Positions 37,605-51,641 of a stretch of 64,000 bases of DNA are shown here, one piece after another. The notes beneath the pieces were generated by a model that worked only from the letters and a program-made list of their open reading frames with translations, was not told the origin of the DNA and searched no databases. Every line of letters begins with the position of its first letter. Within the stretch, counting starts at the first letter, position 1. The stretch comes from Balamuthia mandrillaris (lineage: Eukaryota): contig JAVKOQ020000026.1 of assembly GCA_031835245.2 (NCBI GenBank), forward strand, positions 62,001 to 126,000, written 5' to 3'. A program made the position numbers and the translations under genes.

Positions 37605-38023
37605 CTAGCTGGTAGTGGTAGGGTTGTTTTGCTTTGTTTGTTGTTGCGATTAAAAAAAAGCAGTGTAAAAAACGTGTCTATTTATTCGACGCCAACTCCG
37701 TTTCCTGGCTCTTCCCGATAATTTTGTGCCCAACCAATAGGCTCGCGAGTTTATTCCACCATTTGCAACTCGCGCGCTACTGCGTGGTTGAAAAATTGCC
37801 AATACTGCGCGCTACTGCGAGCCCTAAAAAAGATCCTTTTTTCCTTTTTCTTGCGGTGGTGCGCCAGTTCAACGCCCACTCTCAACTTGTTAGTTATGAT
37901 ATTTTCCAGAAGCCCAGTTACTGCAGAAATGGAGCAGAATTTGGTCACGATTGCAGTATAATTTTTTTTATTTTTTAAAAAGGAAAAAAAAAAGAAAGAA
38001 AAAGTGAAAAAGAAAAGAAAAAA

Positions 38024-39101
38024 ATGTTGTTGGAAGTTTTGCCCTCTGAGCTGGTGCTGGAGATCCTGTCCTTGCTGTCCGCCAGGGAGCTGGCCCAGAG
38101 CGCGGTGGTCAGCAGGACCTGGAACGAGCTCGCCTCCTCCTCCTTCCTATGGCGCCGGCTGTGCTTGCAGAACGGGCTGAAGGAGCTGCCGAGGGACCAG
38201 GCGGTGGAGGAGTGCGACTGGCGGGAATGCTACAGGCAGCACAGCCTTTGGAAGTGGAACCCCAACTCCTGTGGCGTTACTCTTTCCTCCAACCATAAGA
38301 CCGCCTCTTTAGCTGGAAGTACGTTTCTTTTGATATTTTTTCACCCAAAATGCAAGCTAAGCTTTTTTTACAAAAAAAACAAAAGCAAGCACCAACAGAG
38401 GCTCGGTGATAACCTCCCAGGCCATCACCGTCGGCCAAAGGGTGAGCCTCTCCGTCCAGTTCACGGTCCCCTTGGAGCCCTGCGGCTGGGTCTGCGTGGG
38501 CGTGCTGCCCGCCAAAAATGTCACCTTTCGCTCGGACACGGACATTAGCTGCGTGGGATGGAGTCTCTGGTCGGACGGGAAGATGAGGCGGTGGCCGCAG
38601 CAACTGCAATCCGCGGAGACGGTGCAGGGGTATGATTTTTGTATTTCTCGTGATACTTTTCCTTTGTTTTCTTTTGACAATTCCGTTACTCTCTCTCTCT
38701 CTCTCTTTCTCTCTTTCGTCTTTTCTCGCTCTTTGTTCTTCTTAAAATCTTTGTGTTTGTCCGGACTCACCAAAATGAACAACAGACGAGACAGAGTATT
38801 AGCGTGTCTTCCCGTGTGGCGCGATGGAGATGTCATTACCCTCATAGTGGACCTCCAAGACCACACCAAAGACAATGGCTCTCTGACTTTCCTCCTCAAC
38901 GGCCAGCCCCTAAAAGGAGTAAGAGGAGAGGAAGGAATCAGCACACTGACCGACTTGCTTCATTTCGACTCCTCCTTTGTGTTCGCTGTGTCCGTTTGGA
39001 AGAGCGGAGCGATGACCATTTTGCATCCGGGCGAGGTCAACGCTGCGGTGAACAAACAAATCGAACAACGCAACGCTCACCTTGATATCCAGGATAATTA
39101 A
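38024..39101 (+). CDS. F-box protein with SPRY/B30.2-like beta domain; ~3 exons
   Basis: LPSELVLEILSLLSARELAQSAVVSRTWNELA..LWRRLC; GVTLSSNHKTA, WVCVGV, GDVITLIVDL, LTFLLNG, FAVSV. Confidence 0.8.
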
Positions 39102-39378
39102 CGACACCAATGTAAACTAAAAGAAGGGAAGGAGTAGAATAACAAATAAGGAAGAAGGAAGAAGGAAGAAGGAAGAAGGAAGAAGGAAGAAGGAAGAAGG
39201 AAGAAGGAAGAAGGAAGAAGGAAGGAAGAAGAGTGCAGAGCAGAAAGAAGACAGTGGTTTGAAGAAAACAAAATCTTTGTTTTTCGCCGCTTTGCATGAC
39301 AAAACTTGCAACAATCGCAGTAACAGAAAAGCTGCCTTAAGACCGCTTATATCTGGCTCACTCGAAGAAGCAAAGCAC

Positions 39379-40216
39379 TTAATAGTATCCAGTCTGAACG
39401 TCCTCATACTCGGGCTCAGGGAACCTGATGTTGGGGATCTCGTACTCGTAGTTCACGTCGGGCACCTTCACGTTGGGGATCTTCACGTGAGGCAACTTGA
39501 TATCAGCCATCTTGATGGTGGGCAGCTTGATCACAGGGCCGGCCACTGTGGGAATCTGGATGTTGGGCACGGCCACGTTCTCCAGCTCGAGGTCCTCCAG
39601 GGTGATTGTCTTGGCGGGGATGCTGGGGATCTCAATGGGCTCCAGGCAGATCTCAGGGAGCTTGATGGCAGGAAGCGTTATCTTGGGGAACTTGATCTCT
39701 ATGGTTGTTACAAAGTTAAGCACTACGAAGAACAAGAAGGACAAGCAGGAAGGAGAGGGAATGGGTCTCACCAGGGATGTAGATCTTGGGACCAGGGACG
39801 TTGGGGAACTCAAGGTTGCCCATGGGGATCTCAGGGAAGTACACGTCAGGGACCTTCATGTTGCCAGGGTAGATTTCGTTCATCTGGATGTCCTCCAAGA
39901 CGACGTCCTCAAAGTAGAGCTTGGGCATGGTGATGGTGTCCTCGTACTTCTCCCAGGTGATCTCAGGAGCAACAACATCATCGCCGTAGGAAACATCTCC
40001 GCCGTCATAAGACACATCCCCTCCGTCGTAGGAAACGTCGCCACCGTCGTAGGTCACGTCGCCTCCATCGTAAGAGGTGTCGCCACCGTCGTAAGTCACG
40101 TCGTCACCATCGTAGGAAACGTCTCCGCTTCCATAGTTGACGGCTCTCCTAGAGGGAGCAGCAAAGGCGGCAGACACCAGAAGTAAGCCCAATGCAATGC
40201 ACAACAAAAGTCTCAT
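39379..40216 (-). CDS. Secreted repeat protein; 2 exons (40216-39772, 39698-39379)
   Basis: Signal peptide MRLLLCIALGLLLVSAAFA; (GGDV[ST]YD)x~7; then P-x-[IV]-x-[ILVF] pentapeptide repeats; in-frame GT-AG intron. Confidence 0.8.
39985..40130 (-). repeat. 21-bp coding tandem repeat (GGDVSYD)
   Basis: CCGTCGTAGGAAACGTCGCCA-like units, about 7 copies. Confidence 0.85.
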
Positions 40217-40632
40217 TGTCAGGTAGTCCAAAAGACGGAGGTAATGTTTTTGTTTGTTTGTTAGTAGGTTGGTTGGTTGGTTGGGTTGTTGATGTGGAAA
40301 GCAAAGAAGAAAATGGAAGGCTATTTAAATAGATCAAAAGAGTGGTGGAGGTCAGCAGTTTTCTCCAAGTTTGGCGATGGGATTTCGTATATTTGTCTTC
40401 CTTGAACCGGAGGGCACTTTTTTTCATCCAGTTTCGACCTGACTTTTCGGTGTGCATTACCCAAACCACCTGGTGGTTGGTTGGCATAGTGACTGTGGCC
40501 TAGGCTCTTCCTCTCATTTCTTCTCTCTCTCTCTCTCTCACTCTTTCTCTCTCTCTCCTCTTCTCTCTCTCTCTCTCCCCTCTCTCTCCCCCCTCTCTCT
40601 CTCTCTCCTCTTTCTCTCTCTCCCTCCCTCCC

Positions 40633-40672
<40 letters not shown>

Positions 40673-40791
40673 ATCCCCAGGGAAGAACAAGGGCCTTCTT
40701 TTCTTCTTCAATAGGTATCAACAAAGTAACAGCGAGAAGAAATTCTTTCTTCTTCTTTCTTGCTTTCGCTTTCTTTTCTTTCGTTCCATTG

Positions 40792-42069
40792 TTATTGCAG
40801 CACTCTCATGTCTCGGATCCGATCTTTATCGTAGACGTCTTTGTAGGTGTCGTAAAGCTCCGTCAGCTTCTCGATGTAAAGAGCGTGCCACTTGTCCACG
40901 TCTTCTGCTGTGGGCTCTTCGATCTTTGGGACCTGCAAAGGGGCGCCGACTACCGACACGATCTCTGCTCTTTGGGGCAGCAGACCAAAGTCATAGTTGA
41001 AGATGCCACGGCCGGTGAAGAGAGGCATCGAGAAGCCGAGTCTCTTCTGGAGTTTGTCTTGCCACGTACGCAATGGCGTTCCTGCGAAGAAAAAACGAAG
41101 AGGGATGAGAAATGGAACTGAAACAGAGAGAGAGAGAGCACCAGAGGAAAGAGACGCGTTACCCGGAGCATTAGGCACCTGTGCGAACAGGTTGTTCTCT
41201 CCAAACGAGAAGACAGGCACCAGAGATGCCCCATTGCGAAGAGCCACCTTCACGAAACCCTTTCTCTTTCTTAGGGTGAGGTCGTTGGTGCCGGGATGAG
41301 CATCGAGAGCCTCCTGCGCCCCTCCAATGACGATCATGATGGAGGCTCCTTTGCCGCGAGAGAGGTTGTAGTTGCAGGACTTCCAGGAGACGTCGCAGAG
41401 GCCCATAGACAACAAGTACTCCCTGTAGATGGGCCACATGAAGTTCATTTTCAGAGTCAACAACCGCAAGTCGATTCCTTCAGATGAAGTTTGTTTGAAT
41501 GAAGTGAAAGGGATGCGTTAGTATTGAGTAGCTGCTGTTCTTCTTGTTCTTTGCTGCTGTCGTTCTTCCTCTTCCTTACCTGGAAAGACCTTGCTAAAGT
41601 CGTTGGCCTCGGTGGCAAAGTTGGTGAAGGCCCCCACGCTGATAATGCCGTGCGGGTGGTAGCAGAACAGGTAGTTCCCATCGGGATCCAGCTCCGCCGT
41701 CTTCACCAGTTTGACGGGGTAGTAGTCGCGAAAGTAGCGCCACACCTTGAGGCTTCGCATGAAGCGGAGGGGCCGCCCGCCGCGCGAGGGCGCGCTGTCC
41801 CAGTAGAAGGCCCACAGGCAGTAGGGGATGAAGAGGAACGGCAGGAAGAGGAGCAGCAGGGCGTAGGAGAGGAGGCAGAGGGGAACGGTGAAGAGCGGGG
41901 AGGTGAAGGCCCAGAAGAGCACCGCCGCGGTTTGCAAGCGTCTTTCGATCGGGATGCTGTTGTCATTTTTGTTTGTTTGTTTTTTTTTTGTTTTGTTTGA
42001 GCAATTTTTTATTGTTTGTAGAGAAGAAGGAGAAGAGCAAGGATACCTGAGAGGAGCCCAACGAACCAT
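40792..42069 (-). CDS. DGAT2: Diacylglycerol O-acyltransferase 2 (DGAT2/MGAT family); multi-exon
   Basis: WAPL..P.ERRLQT, YFRDYYP, YHPHG, IVIGGAQEAL, RKGFVKVAL..GASLVPVFSFGEN. Confidence 0.93.
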
Positions 42070-42322
42070 CTTTGGTGGAAGCGAAGAAGAAAGCAAACAA
42101 GCTTTGCCCGCCGCTTTCGATTAGCGCTACGGAAGATGTTTTGAATTTTGCACCAATCAAAAATCAAAACCTTTTATATCTAGGAATTTTCCCGCCACAG
42201 TGAATATCCGCGTCGTCACGATGTTACTCGGGCATTCCAGATATGCAGATATTTAAAATTCCTGACATTCCAAAATCTTGTCGACATAAAGATAAAGAAA
42301 AAAAAAGTTTCGATTAGATTGG

Positions 42323-42741
42323 ATGGAGGCGGGAGGAGCGACGACAACACCGCCGGTCGTTGTTGCCGGTCAGGAGGGCAGCGGCATCACGACAACCCAG
42401 AGTGGGTCCCAACAACAACAACAACATGAACACCTCGCTCCTTTGCTGCTTGTTATAAAGAAAAAAGGCAAACAGATTTCTACGGCCAGCACCTTCAGGA
42501 AGCTCAAGAGACTGAAGCAGCACCTTGCGCGGTTGGATGAGCTCAACTACGACACGCTCAAAAGAAATGTGGCCCTGCCGTTGCAGAGGTTGCCGCAAGG
42601 GAAGCGCCTCTCGTTTGGCCGCACTGTAGAACAACTGGTTTCTCTCTTACTCTTCTTCTTTGTCTCTATTCTGCTTCTCATCCTCTAAGCTATCTTTTTT
42701 GCTTCTCTTGTTCCTCTCACTGCCCTGTCTCCTATTGCTCA

Positions 42742-42785
<44 letters not shown>

Positions 42786-45700
42786 ATTCTCTCTCGCTCT
42801 CTCCCTCTCCTTTCTTTGCTTTTCTGTTTCTCTCGTTGTCTGTTGTCCACGTCTTTGGTTTTTAACGCTTTTCACAACAACGGCTGCAGCGACGGAATAT
42901 CAAAGAAATATACTTTAGCTATTATAATGCGCAGCTGGTGAGCCTCTCGAAAGACAATTTAATCTTCATGTACCAACGTTGGTAAGTTGGCCTTCGTTTT
43001 GCTTGCCTCTTTCGTCGTCTTTGTCGCCGTGTCCTTTACGTTGGCATAACCACTTTGTTTTGTTTCTTCGTAAAACAGCAAAGAGCATGATCGCAAGCTG
43101 CGCAAAGCCGAACAAAAGCAACGAGCGGCAGAGACAGCGAAACAAAACGAACAAGGACAAGGAGCGGGACAAGAACAAAAACCCAAAATAGAAGGAGAAC
43201 CAAAGCTGAAAGTCAAACCAGAGCCATCATCGCAGCCTTCTTCTTTGTCTTCAAAGCCCTCAGCGAAAGTATTGTACGTGGAAAAATTGACCAACACAGA
43301 CAACAAAAAAGAGTTTTGTCGGTTCTTGTTGGTGTGGTTGGGTCTCTGGGATAGTTTCCCTTTGAACAACAGCAACATCAACATGAATAACGGCACTCAA
43401 GCTAGCAAACAGAGTAGAAGAGGCAGGAAGAGGACATCACCTGAAGAGACTGACGGTGTGGCGAAACGTAAAAAGAGCCAGATAATCGCAGCAACTAATA
43501 ACTCTTCAACTGGTAGGTCTGCGCCTGCATCTTCTTCGTCTTCGTCATCTCCACCTTCTTCTATTTCTGCTTCATCTTCGGGTCCTTCTACTCTTCCTAC
43601 GCCTCCTGTTTCTTCTATTGTTTCTTCATCTCCAACAACATCAGCAGCGACCCTAGCTAAGACAGCTTCGGCTGCGAGTGGCGAACGCGTACCACGAAAC
43701 GACAAAGGGAAGGAAAACGAGACCGAAACAGAAAGAACAGGAAAAGCCAAAGGAGCATCACCAGCCTCTCAGCAACAACTACCACCAAACAGCGTCGCCA
43801 CAGTTCTCGCGACGTTATCCGAAAAATCCAACAAAATGGTACCTGAGATAGAAGAAGAAATAGTCGCCTTTCTAAACGGCAAAGCTTTTATGGGGAGGAA
43901 TAGCACCTCTGAGAAAAGTATCTTGATTCATGAGGAGCGCAATTGGAATCCACAGTACAACAGTTGGATGGAAGAACGCGTCTTTTTTCGCATGAACTAT
44001 CAGAGCCGTCAATGGAAATTATACCGTCATCTCAGCGAGACATCTCCTCCGAACACTGGTGCTTTGACAGCTTCCACACCATCTTCAACTCCAACTTCTT
44101 CATGTTCATCTTCATCTTCATCCTCATCTTCATCTTCATCTTCATGTTCATCTTCTTCTTCATCTTCATCTTCATCTTCATCTTCATCTTCATCTTCATC
44201 TTCATCTTCATCTTCATCTTCATCTTCATCTTCATCTTCATCTTCATCTTCATCTTCATCTTCTTCTTCATCTTCACCTTCATCTTCATCTTCATCTTCA
44301 TCTTCTTCTTCATCTTCACCTTCTTGTTCTGCTTCTTCTTCAACTCCTCCAACTTCTTCATCTTCATCTTCTGTTAATGAACAATCTACCACGCTAAAGT
44401 ATGCATTCAAACAACGCCGAGCTGTATCAAGAGAACTGGAAAAACTGGGAAGTTTGGGAAGCGAGACGCTTTCAAAACGAACTCCTTGCGAACGAATGAA
44501 TACATCAAGCAGAAGAACTTCCCGATCTGTGTCACTTCCTAAAAAGAGTACCCGCTCTTCTCGCGCTTCACCATCAAAAGAAACAACGAAGACAACAACG
44601 ACAAAGAATAACACCGGGGAGAAGGCGGAAAAAACGAGAATGGCAAAGAGAAAAGCAACATCAACCGCCGTCAAACCGGCGACCAAGAAAAGCAGACGAA
44701 GAAGCGAATCCGATGCTTCCCTCCACAAAAAAACAACAATCGAAGAAAACGAGGACGTCCTTCGAAAACAAAGAGCAAAGAAGGAGTATACCAACAACAC
44801 ACCAATCACCACTATTACCGCAACGATAGCAACATCAACAACGATCACTGCAAATCGGCCAAACACAAGCGATAGTCGCTCGAGAGGAAGATTCAGTGCT
44901 TCTGAAGTTGTACAACGAAAGCTGGTAGAGCTTACACAATGCAAAGTTGAAAAGCAAGAAAAAGAAGAAGACGAAGCACAAACAGTGGAGAATGAGAAAG
45001 AAGCGTTAGTTCAAGTAAAGGAAGAAGAAACAGACGAAAATGATAACGAAGATGAAGACGAAGGAGGAGGGGAAGAAGGAGACGAGGAAGAAGAAGGAGG
45101 AGACGGAGAAGGAGAAGAAGAACAAGAAGGACAAGAGGAGGAGGGCGTTGACACTAGCAAAATGCCACCGTTGGTTTCTATTCGACATCTCTCTGCAAAC
45201 TTACTGCCTTTCCACACCATTAAACAAGAGGCAGTTGTTCCTCCTCCTCCCTCTTCTGGAAAAAGCATGGAAGATAGCATTATCATCAGCGACTCCGAAG
45301 CAGACGATGAACCGCAACAACAGCAAAAAGAAAATGATAAAGAAACAGAAGTGAAAGCCGAAAGCGACGAAGAAGAAGAGGAAGAGAAATGTTATGATAG
45401 TGATAAAGGAGAGGTAGAACTTCAAGAAGACGAAATAGATGAAGACGATGAAGAAGAGGACGAGGAAGAAGGAGATGAAGATGAAGATGAAGAAGCTGAA
45501 GAAATGGTAGAACATGAACAACAAGAAGTCACAGGCGAGAACGACCAAGAAGAACAAGAAGACCAGTTAGAAGATTTTGAAGAGACAGCAAGTCAACAAG
45601 AGGATTGGGGCAGTCCAATCTCTTCATTACCATCTTCACCAATACTAACCACCGAAGACATTCCAACTCCACCAACTCCAACATCCAATTTAGCATCGCC

Positions 45701-46067
45701 AACATCGACAGGAGGATGGGTTGATTCTGTTACCAACGAATGTTGGGTTGTACTTGACGACGATAACGAAGAAGAAGAAGAAGAAGAAGAAGAAGAAGAA
45801 GAAGAACAAGATGAAGATGTTCAAGCTGTTAAAGATGGACTACCACGACATCAAGAAGAAGCGACAGGATATGTTGAGGTGATTGGTGATGAAGAAGGAG
45901 AGGAGTCCTTTTCGATGGATGTAGAAAGTGGAAGAGAGTCGCAGTCACAGCAACTCGACTGGTTGTTTCCCGTTCATGATGTCAGTGGACAAGCGGAGAA
46001 ACGGAAAGACGTCCACAAGGAGCAGCACACCACTAGATCAAACATCACTTTTTATCGCCGCGTGTAA
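42323..46067 (+). CDS. Orphan low-complexity acidic protein, tandem paralogue 1 of 3; 3 exons
   Basis: Exons encode FRKLKRLKQHLARLDEL, RRNIKEIY..LIFMYQRW and DNKKEFCRFLLVWLGL, shared with the two neighbouring genes. Confidence 0.7.
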
Positions 46068-46314
46068 AAAAAAAAAAACAAAGAATAGAAAACATTTGAT
46101 TACACAATCGTATAGTATGATTAATATTTTTATTAGTTGGTTTGTAACGGTATTTTTGTAGGCGGAATTCTGTGTGGGCTCTCTCTCCGTCACTTATTCT
46201 CCTCCTCCTCCTGCCATACTACGTCACCTCCCTCTCACAGCTGTCCCTTGGCTAGCACACAGAGACAGGCAGACACATAGCCCGCCCGGTGAATAAAACC
46301 AGAAAAATTTTTGA

Positions 46315-47697
46315 ATGAGAGGGACGAACGGGCATGACAGCGGGAAGGATTCCTCCTCCGCTTTCTCCCCTTGGTTGAAGAGGATCCCTGAGGAACTCCA
46401 AAGATTTCCCAGCCGCCTCTTCGAGGAGCTCAAAAGGTTGAGACATCACGTCGCCCAGTTGGATGAGTTGGAGGTGGCCACCCTGAAAGGAGTGATTGGA
46501 AAGCTGCAAAAAAAACCTACTGCAAGACATCTTAGGGTGGGACGAACAAGATACCAATTGGTACGTCTACTTTTTTTTTTTAGAGAATTAAACCATCACT
46601 CCCCTTGTTGGTCCCCTTATCTCTCTTTTTTTATTTTGGGGTTGAATCCTATCATCTGCACCAAATACTGACTTGTAGCTCCTTTGTGATGGACAGCAAC
46701 GCAACATTAAGGAAGTGTACGCGGATCACTATGCCGCCGAGTGGATGGACTTGCCGAATGTCACCATGATCTTTCTTTACCAACGATGGTATGCTGTCGA
46801 GCACCTTTTGTGAAAGTTTGAAAGAATTGTTGAATCTTAGTTGATTCTTATGTATAAACGGATAGTCTTGAATACGACGAAGAGCAGCAGCACAAGGAAG
46901 CAGGAGAAAAGGAGGATGAAAAACTAAAAGAAGAGCCACGAACCCCGAAAGAGGAAGTAGAGCCCCCTAGGGCGCTTCTGTCAGTGAAGCAGGAAAAACT
47001 CTGCAGTTCAGACAACAAAGAAGAGTTCTGTCGCTTCTTGTTGAGTTGGACTGGCCTTCCGCCTGTTCTTATCTTCCGAGGAAGAGGAAAGAAGAGGACC
47101 CATTGCCAAGGCTCACACAGAAATGTCGAAAACAGAAAGAAAAAGAGCAGAATCTCCAACCCTAACAGCTTATCATCTCCTTCTCCTGCAGGAGAGGCTT
47201 CCGTTGCTTCTTTGAGTGCTTCTGCTGTTCCTGATGCTACCTCTTCTTCTGGTGATGGTTCATCTTCCTCTTCATCACTCCTTGATTGCAGACCAGGCCC
47301 GGCTGCTGGAATCTCTAGCCCCGCTGGAAATGATGGACGGAAACGGGACAAGGGGAAGGAGAAGGAGAAGGAGAAGGAGAAGGAGAAGGAGAAGGAGAAG
47401 GAGAAGGAGAAGGAGAAGGAGGAGAAGGAGAAGGAGAAGGAGAAGGAGAAGGAGGAGAAGGAGAAGGAGAAGGAGAAGGCAAAGCAGAAGGAGCGGAGGC
47501 AGGCGGTGAAAGAGCAAGAACCCGTGGAAGAGACAAGTGAGGAATACTACCTTGACCTTGACTGTCTGGAGCAATATCCAGTGAAATTGCTGAGAACGTA
47601 TTGCCAAGAGGAAGAGCTCAACGTGCCTTCAAACGCCAGGAAATCCGAATTTATAGAAGCCATTTTAAAATACAATGAAGGGGTGCTAGAAGAAGAG

Positions 47698-47729
<32 letters not shown>

Positions 47730-49248
47730 AGAAGAAGAAGAAGAAGAAGAAGAAAAGGAGGAACAAAAAGAACAAAAAGAACCACCAGCAGCAGCTTCAT
47801 CAGCAAAGGAAGAGCAGAAAAGAAGCTGCATAGTTATAGAGTTGGAGGAAGCAGATGCAGACGAAGAGGAAGAAGAAAAAGCCGAATACGCAGATCAAGC
47901 GATAAACCAGCATGGAGTCACGAATAGAAACGAGAGCAAAAATAGGAGGGGCAAACTAGACAAGGGGGTCACACAAACACACGCCATCACATCGTTACCA
48001 AAGAACTTCTTCGAGCAGAGCAACAAACTTACCCCAGAAAAGACGGAGAGGATTATTGCCTTTATTAACGGTGAAAGGAATGTCCCCGCGAAGACGGACA
48101 AGATCTTGATCCATGAGGAGGACTTGTGGGACCCGGAGGATGAGCAGTGGATTCAAGTGCGAGTTTTTTTTGACATGACCGGGCAGGGCCGAACGATTCA
48201 CGAGTACAGCCAGCCGTTCCGTCCCCCTTCAACTGTTGCTTCAACTTCTCCTTTGGGAACTCTTTCAGCAGCTGCTCGAAAACAGAGGGCTCAACCAGCT
48301 CAAACGCAACCTAAGTCTGCTGTTCCTCTTTCTGCCTCTTCTCCATACGAAGAAGAAAAAACATCACCAGCAGGCACTGGAAAAAGAAGGTCTGGGATCC
48401 AAAAGGAGCTTGCCCTCTTACGGGAAGAACAGGCAAGGCTTCTCAGACGCGAAGCTCGCCGCAAACAGAAACGGATGCCATTACCTTTGCCGTCTCCAAG
48501 GGTGTCTTCAGGTTATGAACAAACACAAAAAGATCCAGGAGGATATGAATTGGATGCTTCACTTTCCCCTTCAACGCCTCCATCAGCAGCTGTAACCACA
48601 GGTTGCCGAAGAAGCCCAAGACTCTCACAAGGCACAATCCGAAGAGAAGGATTCGCCCAGGAACAAGCAAGACTGGAAGCTCGAGAAGAAAAGAAGAGGA
48701 CAATGAAGCGAAAAACGATGGCAACAGGCGGCAAAAAGAAGAAAGCAGACGAGCGTCATATGAAGAAACGACGAGCAACACCAACAAGATGTGATGCACA
48801 GCAAACAAAATGCGTTTGTTTTCCCTCTAAAGGAAGCGTCAGTACATCAGAAAATGCGAATGCTAAGCTTGCCGGCCTCGCTTTCTGCAAAAGGGAACCA
48901 CAAGAGGAAGGGGCTGTAGCCGACGTTGCTCCTTCTCCTTTGGTTGGATCTCAACCAGATACTGTCAGAGAGCATCCTTCCAGTTCTCATGTGCCAAAGA
49001 AGAAGAGAACGCCTGAAGATGAAGGAAGCCTGGAATGCTCCCGTGGTGCTAAAAAAAAAGAAAGGAGTACTGATAGTTGTGGCCAGAAGGAACAAGACGA
49101 AGATGAAGAAAACGATGAAACGGAGAAGGTGGATGAAACAGAGACCGAGGACTTGGGAACCCCCTATCTTCCTTACCAGCAATGGGTGGCTTCCGTGCCC
49201 AACTCCCGTTGGGTTGTTGTTGACGATGAAAACGAAGCAGACAGTTGA
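46315..49248 (+). CDS. Orphan tandem paralogue 2 of 3, with SAP/HeH-like motif
   Basis: FEELKRLRHHVAQLDEL, QRNIKEVY..MIFLYQRW, DNKEEFCRFLLSWTGL; LEQYPVKLLRTYCQEEEL..ARKSEFIEAIL. Confidence 0.7.
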
Positions 49249-49587
49249 CCCACAACAAGAACCAGAAGGAATGCGGCAACACCATTCTTCATCCCTGTGG
49301 AGTGGTCTCAAAAGTGCCGAAGATGATGAGATCTAGGACAAGGCACCAATCAAATATCAAACAATGTCGACGTTTTTTCGCTATAAGGATAAATTTGGAG
49401 ACGAATCGAATTTCTTTCGTAAAGTCAAATCTCCCCCACGTGCTACGAAACCCATGGCCATTACTGCTGCTTTTTGTCCCATAAAGGAGGTCTTTTTGTT
49501 TAATTTTAAACACAGTTCTTGAACACATAAAAACCTTGAGGCTGTTGAGGTTTTCAAAAAAATAAGAAAAAATAAAAATAAACGGCC

Positions 49588-49828
49588 ATGGCCAACCCTG
49601 CTAGCAAAGAGCAAGAGGAAGGCCTCCTCTTGTTCGAGTTACCCAACGAAGAGTTACGACGGGCCATCTTTCAGAAAATTACTCGAGTGAAAGAGGGCGT
49701 CTCACGGCTGAAACACGAAGATAAAGACACCCTGCACGATATGTTGACCAAACTGTCGCCAAAGAAACCACCAAAACGCCGTATGCAAAACAAGCGATTG
49801 GTTTGTTTCTTTTCTCGTTTTGCTCTTC

Positions 49829-49871
<43 letters not shown>

Positions 49872-51641
49872 ACTTCCCTCCTTCCCTCGAATATGGTTAT
49901 TTTCTGAACGTATGTAACCTGGCAGTGGCGCAACATTAAAGATGAGTACGCTAGGCATTATTCCTCCCAGCTGATGCTGTTGACCAAAGCGAACTTGGTG
50001 TACCTTCACGGGTGTTGGTATGTTGTCCCTTTTTGCTCCTCACATCTTGTTCTTTTTTGGTTATTCTCGTCCTTGTTCTTAGGTGTTCTTCTTGTTCATC
50101 CTCCTCTCTACTCATCCTTTTCCTCTTCATTATCTCCTTCGCCTTCTTCTCCACAACCCAGCATGGACTATGATGCGGAACGGCGGGGAAAACAAAAACA
50201 GGAAGGACCTTCGATAGATAAACTAGAAAACGTGAACGATAGCGATAATAAGGACGAGTACCGTCGCGTCTTGTTGACATGGATGGGGCTGCCAGACTTA
50301 CCATGGGACGATGCACTGCTTTCTGGAGGCTGCAAGGAGGACGACAAAGAAACTGACAAAAGCAGCAGCGGCCATGAGTCCGTAAACCAAAAGAAAATAC
50401 CAGCCAAGAAGAAGCCAACAACCTCAAGGAAACAACGAAAAGGGGAAGCACAAGCAGGAGCAGGATCACGAGCACGTGATATTGCAGAAGGTGCAAGGAA
50501 CACCTCCAAGCACAAAGCTCCTCCTCATCCCGCAGCGAACTCTGGCTATTGGCTTAGAAGAGAAATACCAGACCGCGAACAAGAACCAGAAGAAAAGGAG
50601 AAGGAAAGAGAGACCAAAGGGTCTGGTCCTTCGGCGTCGACTAGAGAGCAACCAGCCAAACGGGATTCCGGACCGGGTAGCCGCTTGCGGAAACAAATTC
50701 GAGAGCTGAACGCGGATAACGATAAGGAATTGCTACTCGAGGATAGCCGAAACCAAAAGTGCCTCCATACGCCCTCCTCATCGTCCAGATCATCTTCGCG
50801 CTCTTCCTCCATTCCTCGTTCCTCGGCTTCATCGCTGCCTTCAGGAATAGAAGAAACAAAGACGAAGGCAGCGAAACGAAAAATGGGTGACGAAGGTGAA
50901 CCACAAGCAAGGAATGGAAGAGCGACCAGAAGAAGAAAAAGCGATTCCGATGCCTCTTGCATCCGCAAAGAAGAAGCACCGAAAGACCGCCTACAAAAGA
51001 AGAAGAATAGCAACACAAGCTCGGATGAACCCAGAGCAACGTCATCGAGGCCTCGTTCATTGCCAAATGTGAACCTTGAGAGCGTGACGATGAGAGGAAG
51101 AAGGCTTAGCACATCGGAGAGTATAAATCAAAAGAACTCCGAGCTCTCTCATGACGAGACCGAGCAAGATGAAGAACAAGAAGAATATTCTACTGCGCAA
51201 GGTTACAAACAGCGTCTGGCAACTTCGTTATCGATTGGACAGTCGAAAACTTCGAATCTTCCCGTTATACAACGGCGAACAGCAAAAGTTAATCCTCGCG
51301 CATCCGGCAAGAGCATGGAAGATAGCATTGTCATCCACGACTCGGAGGATGAAGACGAACCACCAAAAGAAGGAGTACAGCAGCAAACAGCAAAGGTAAA
51401 AGTAGAGAAGCGTGACTCTAGAGATGAAGAAGAAATTTGTCCCGATAGTGCTCCAGTGGAAGAACTCCATGAAAAAGAAGATTTTGAAACAGAGGAGGAG
51501 GAAGAAGAGTATGGGAGTCAGGTTGAGGATTTTGGAAGCCCTATAGATTCTCTTCCCTCGTCACCTTTGTTACGCCCTGAACAGGAAAACAAACCTAAAT
51601 GGTACGTGCACCATTATCATGAGAACTACCAAACTGCTTAA
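49588..51641 (+). CDS. Orphan tandem paralogue 3 of 3
   Basis: IFQKITRVKEGVSRL, WRNIKDEY..LVYLHGCW, DNKDEYRRVLLTWMGL, SGKSMEDSIVIHDSE, GSPIDSLPSSP. Confidence 0.7.

Noticed and set aside
39985..40130. CRISPR-like periodicity
   Set aside because: Contiguous 21-bp coding repeats with no unique spacers, in a eukaryotic gene.
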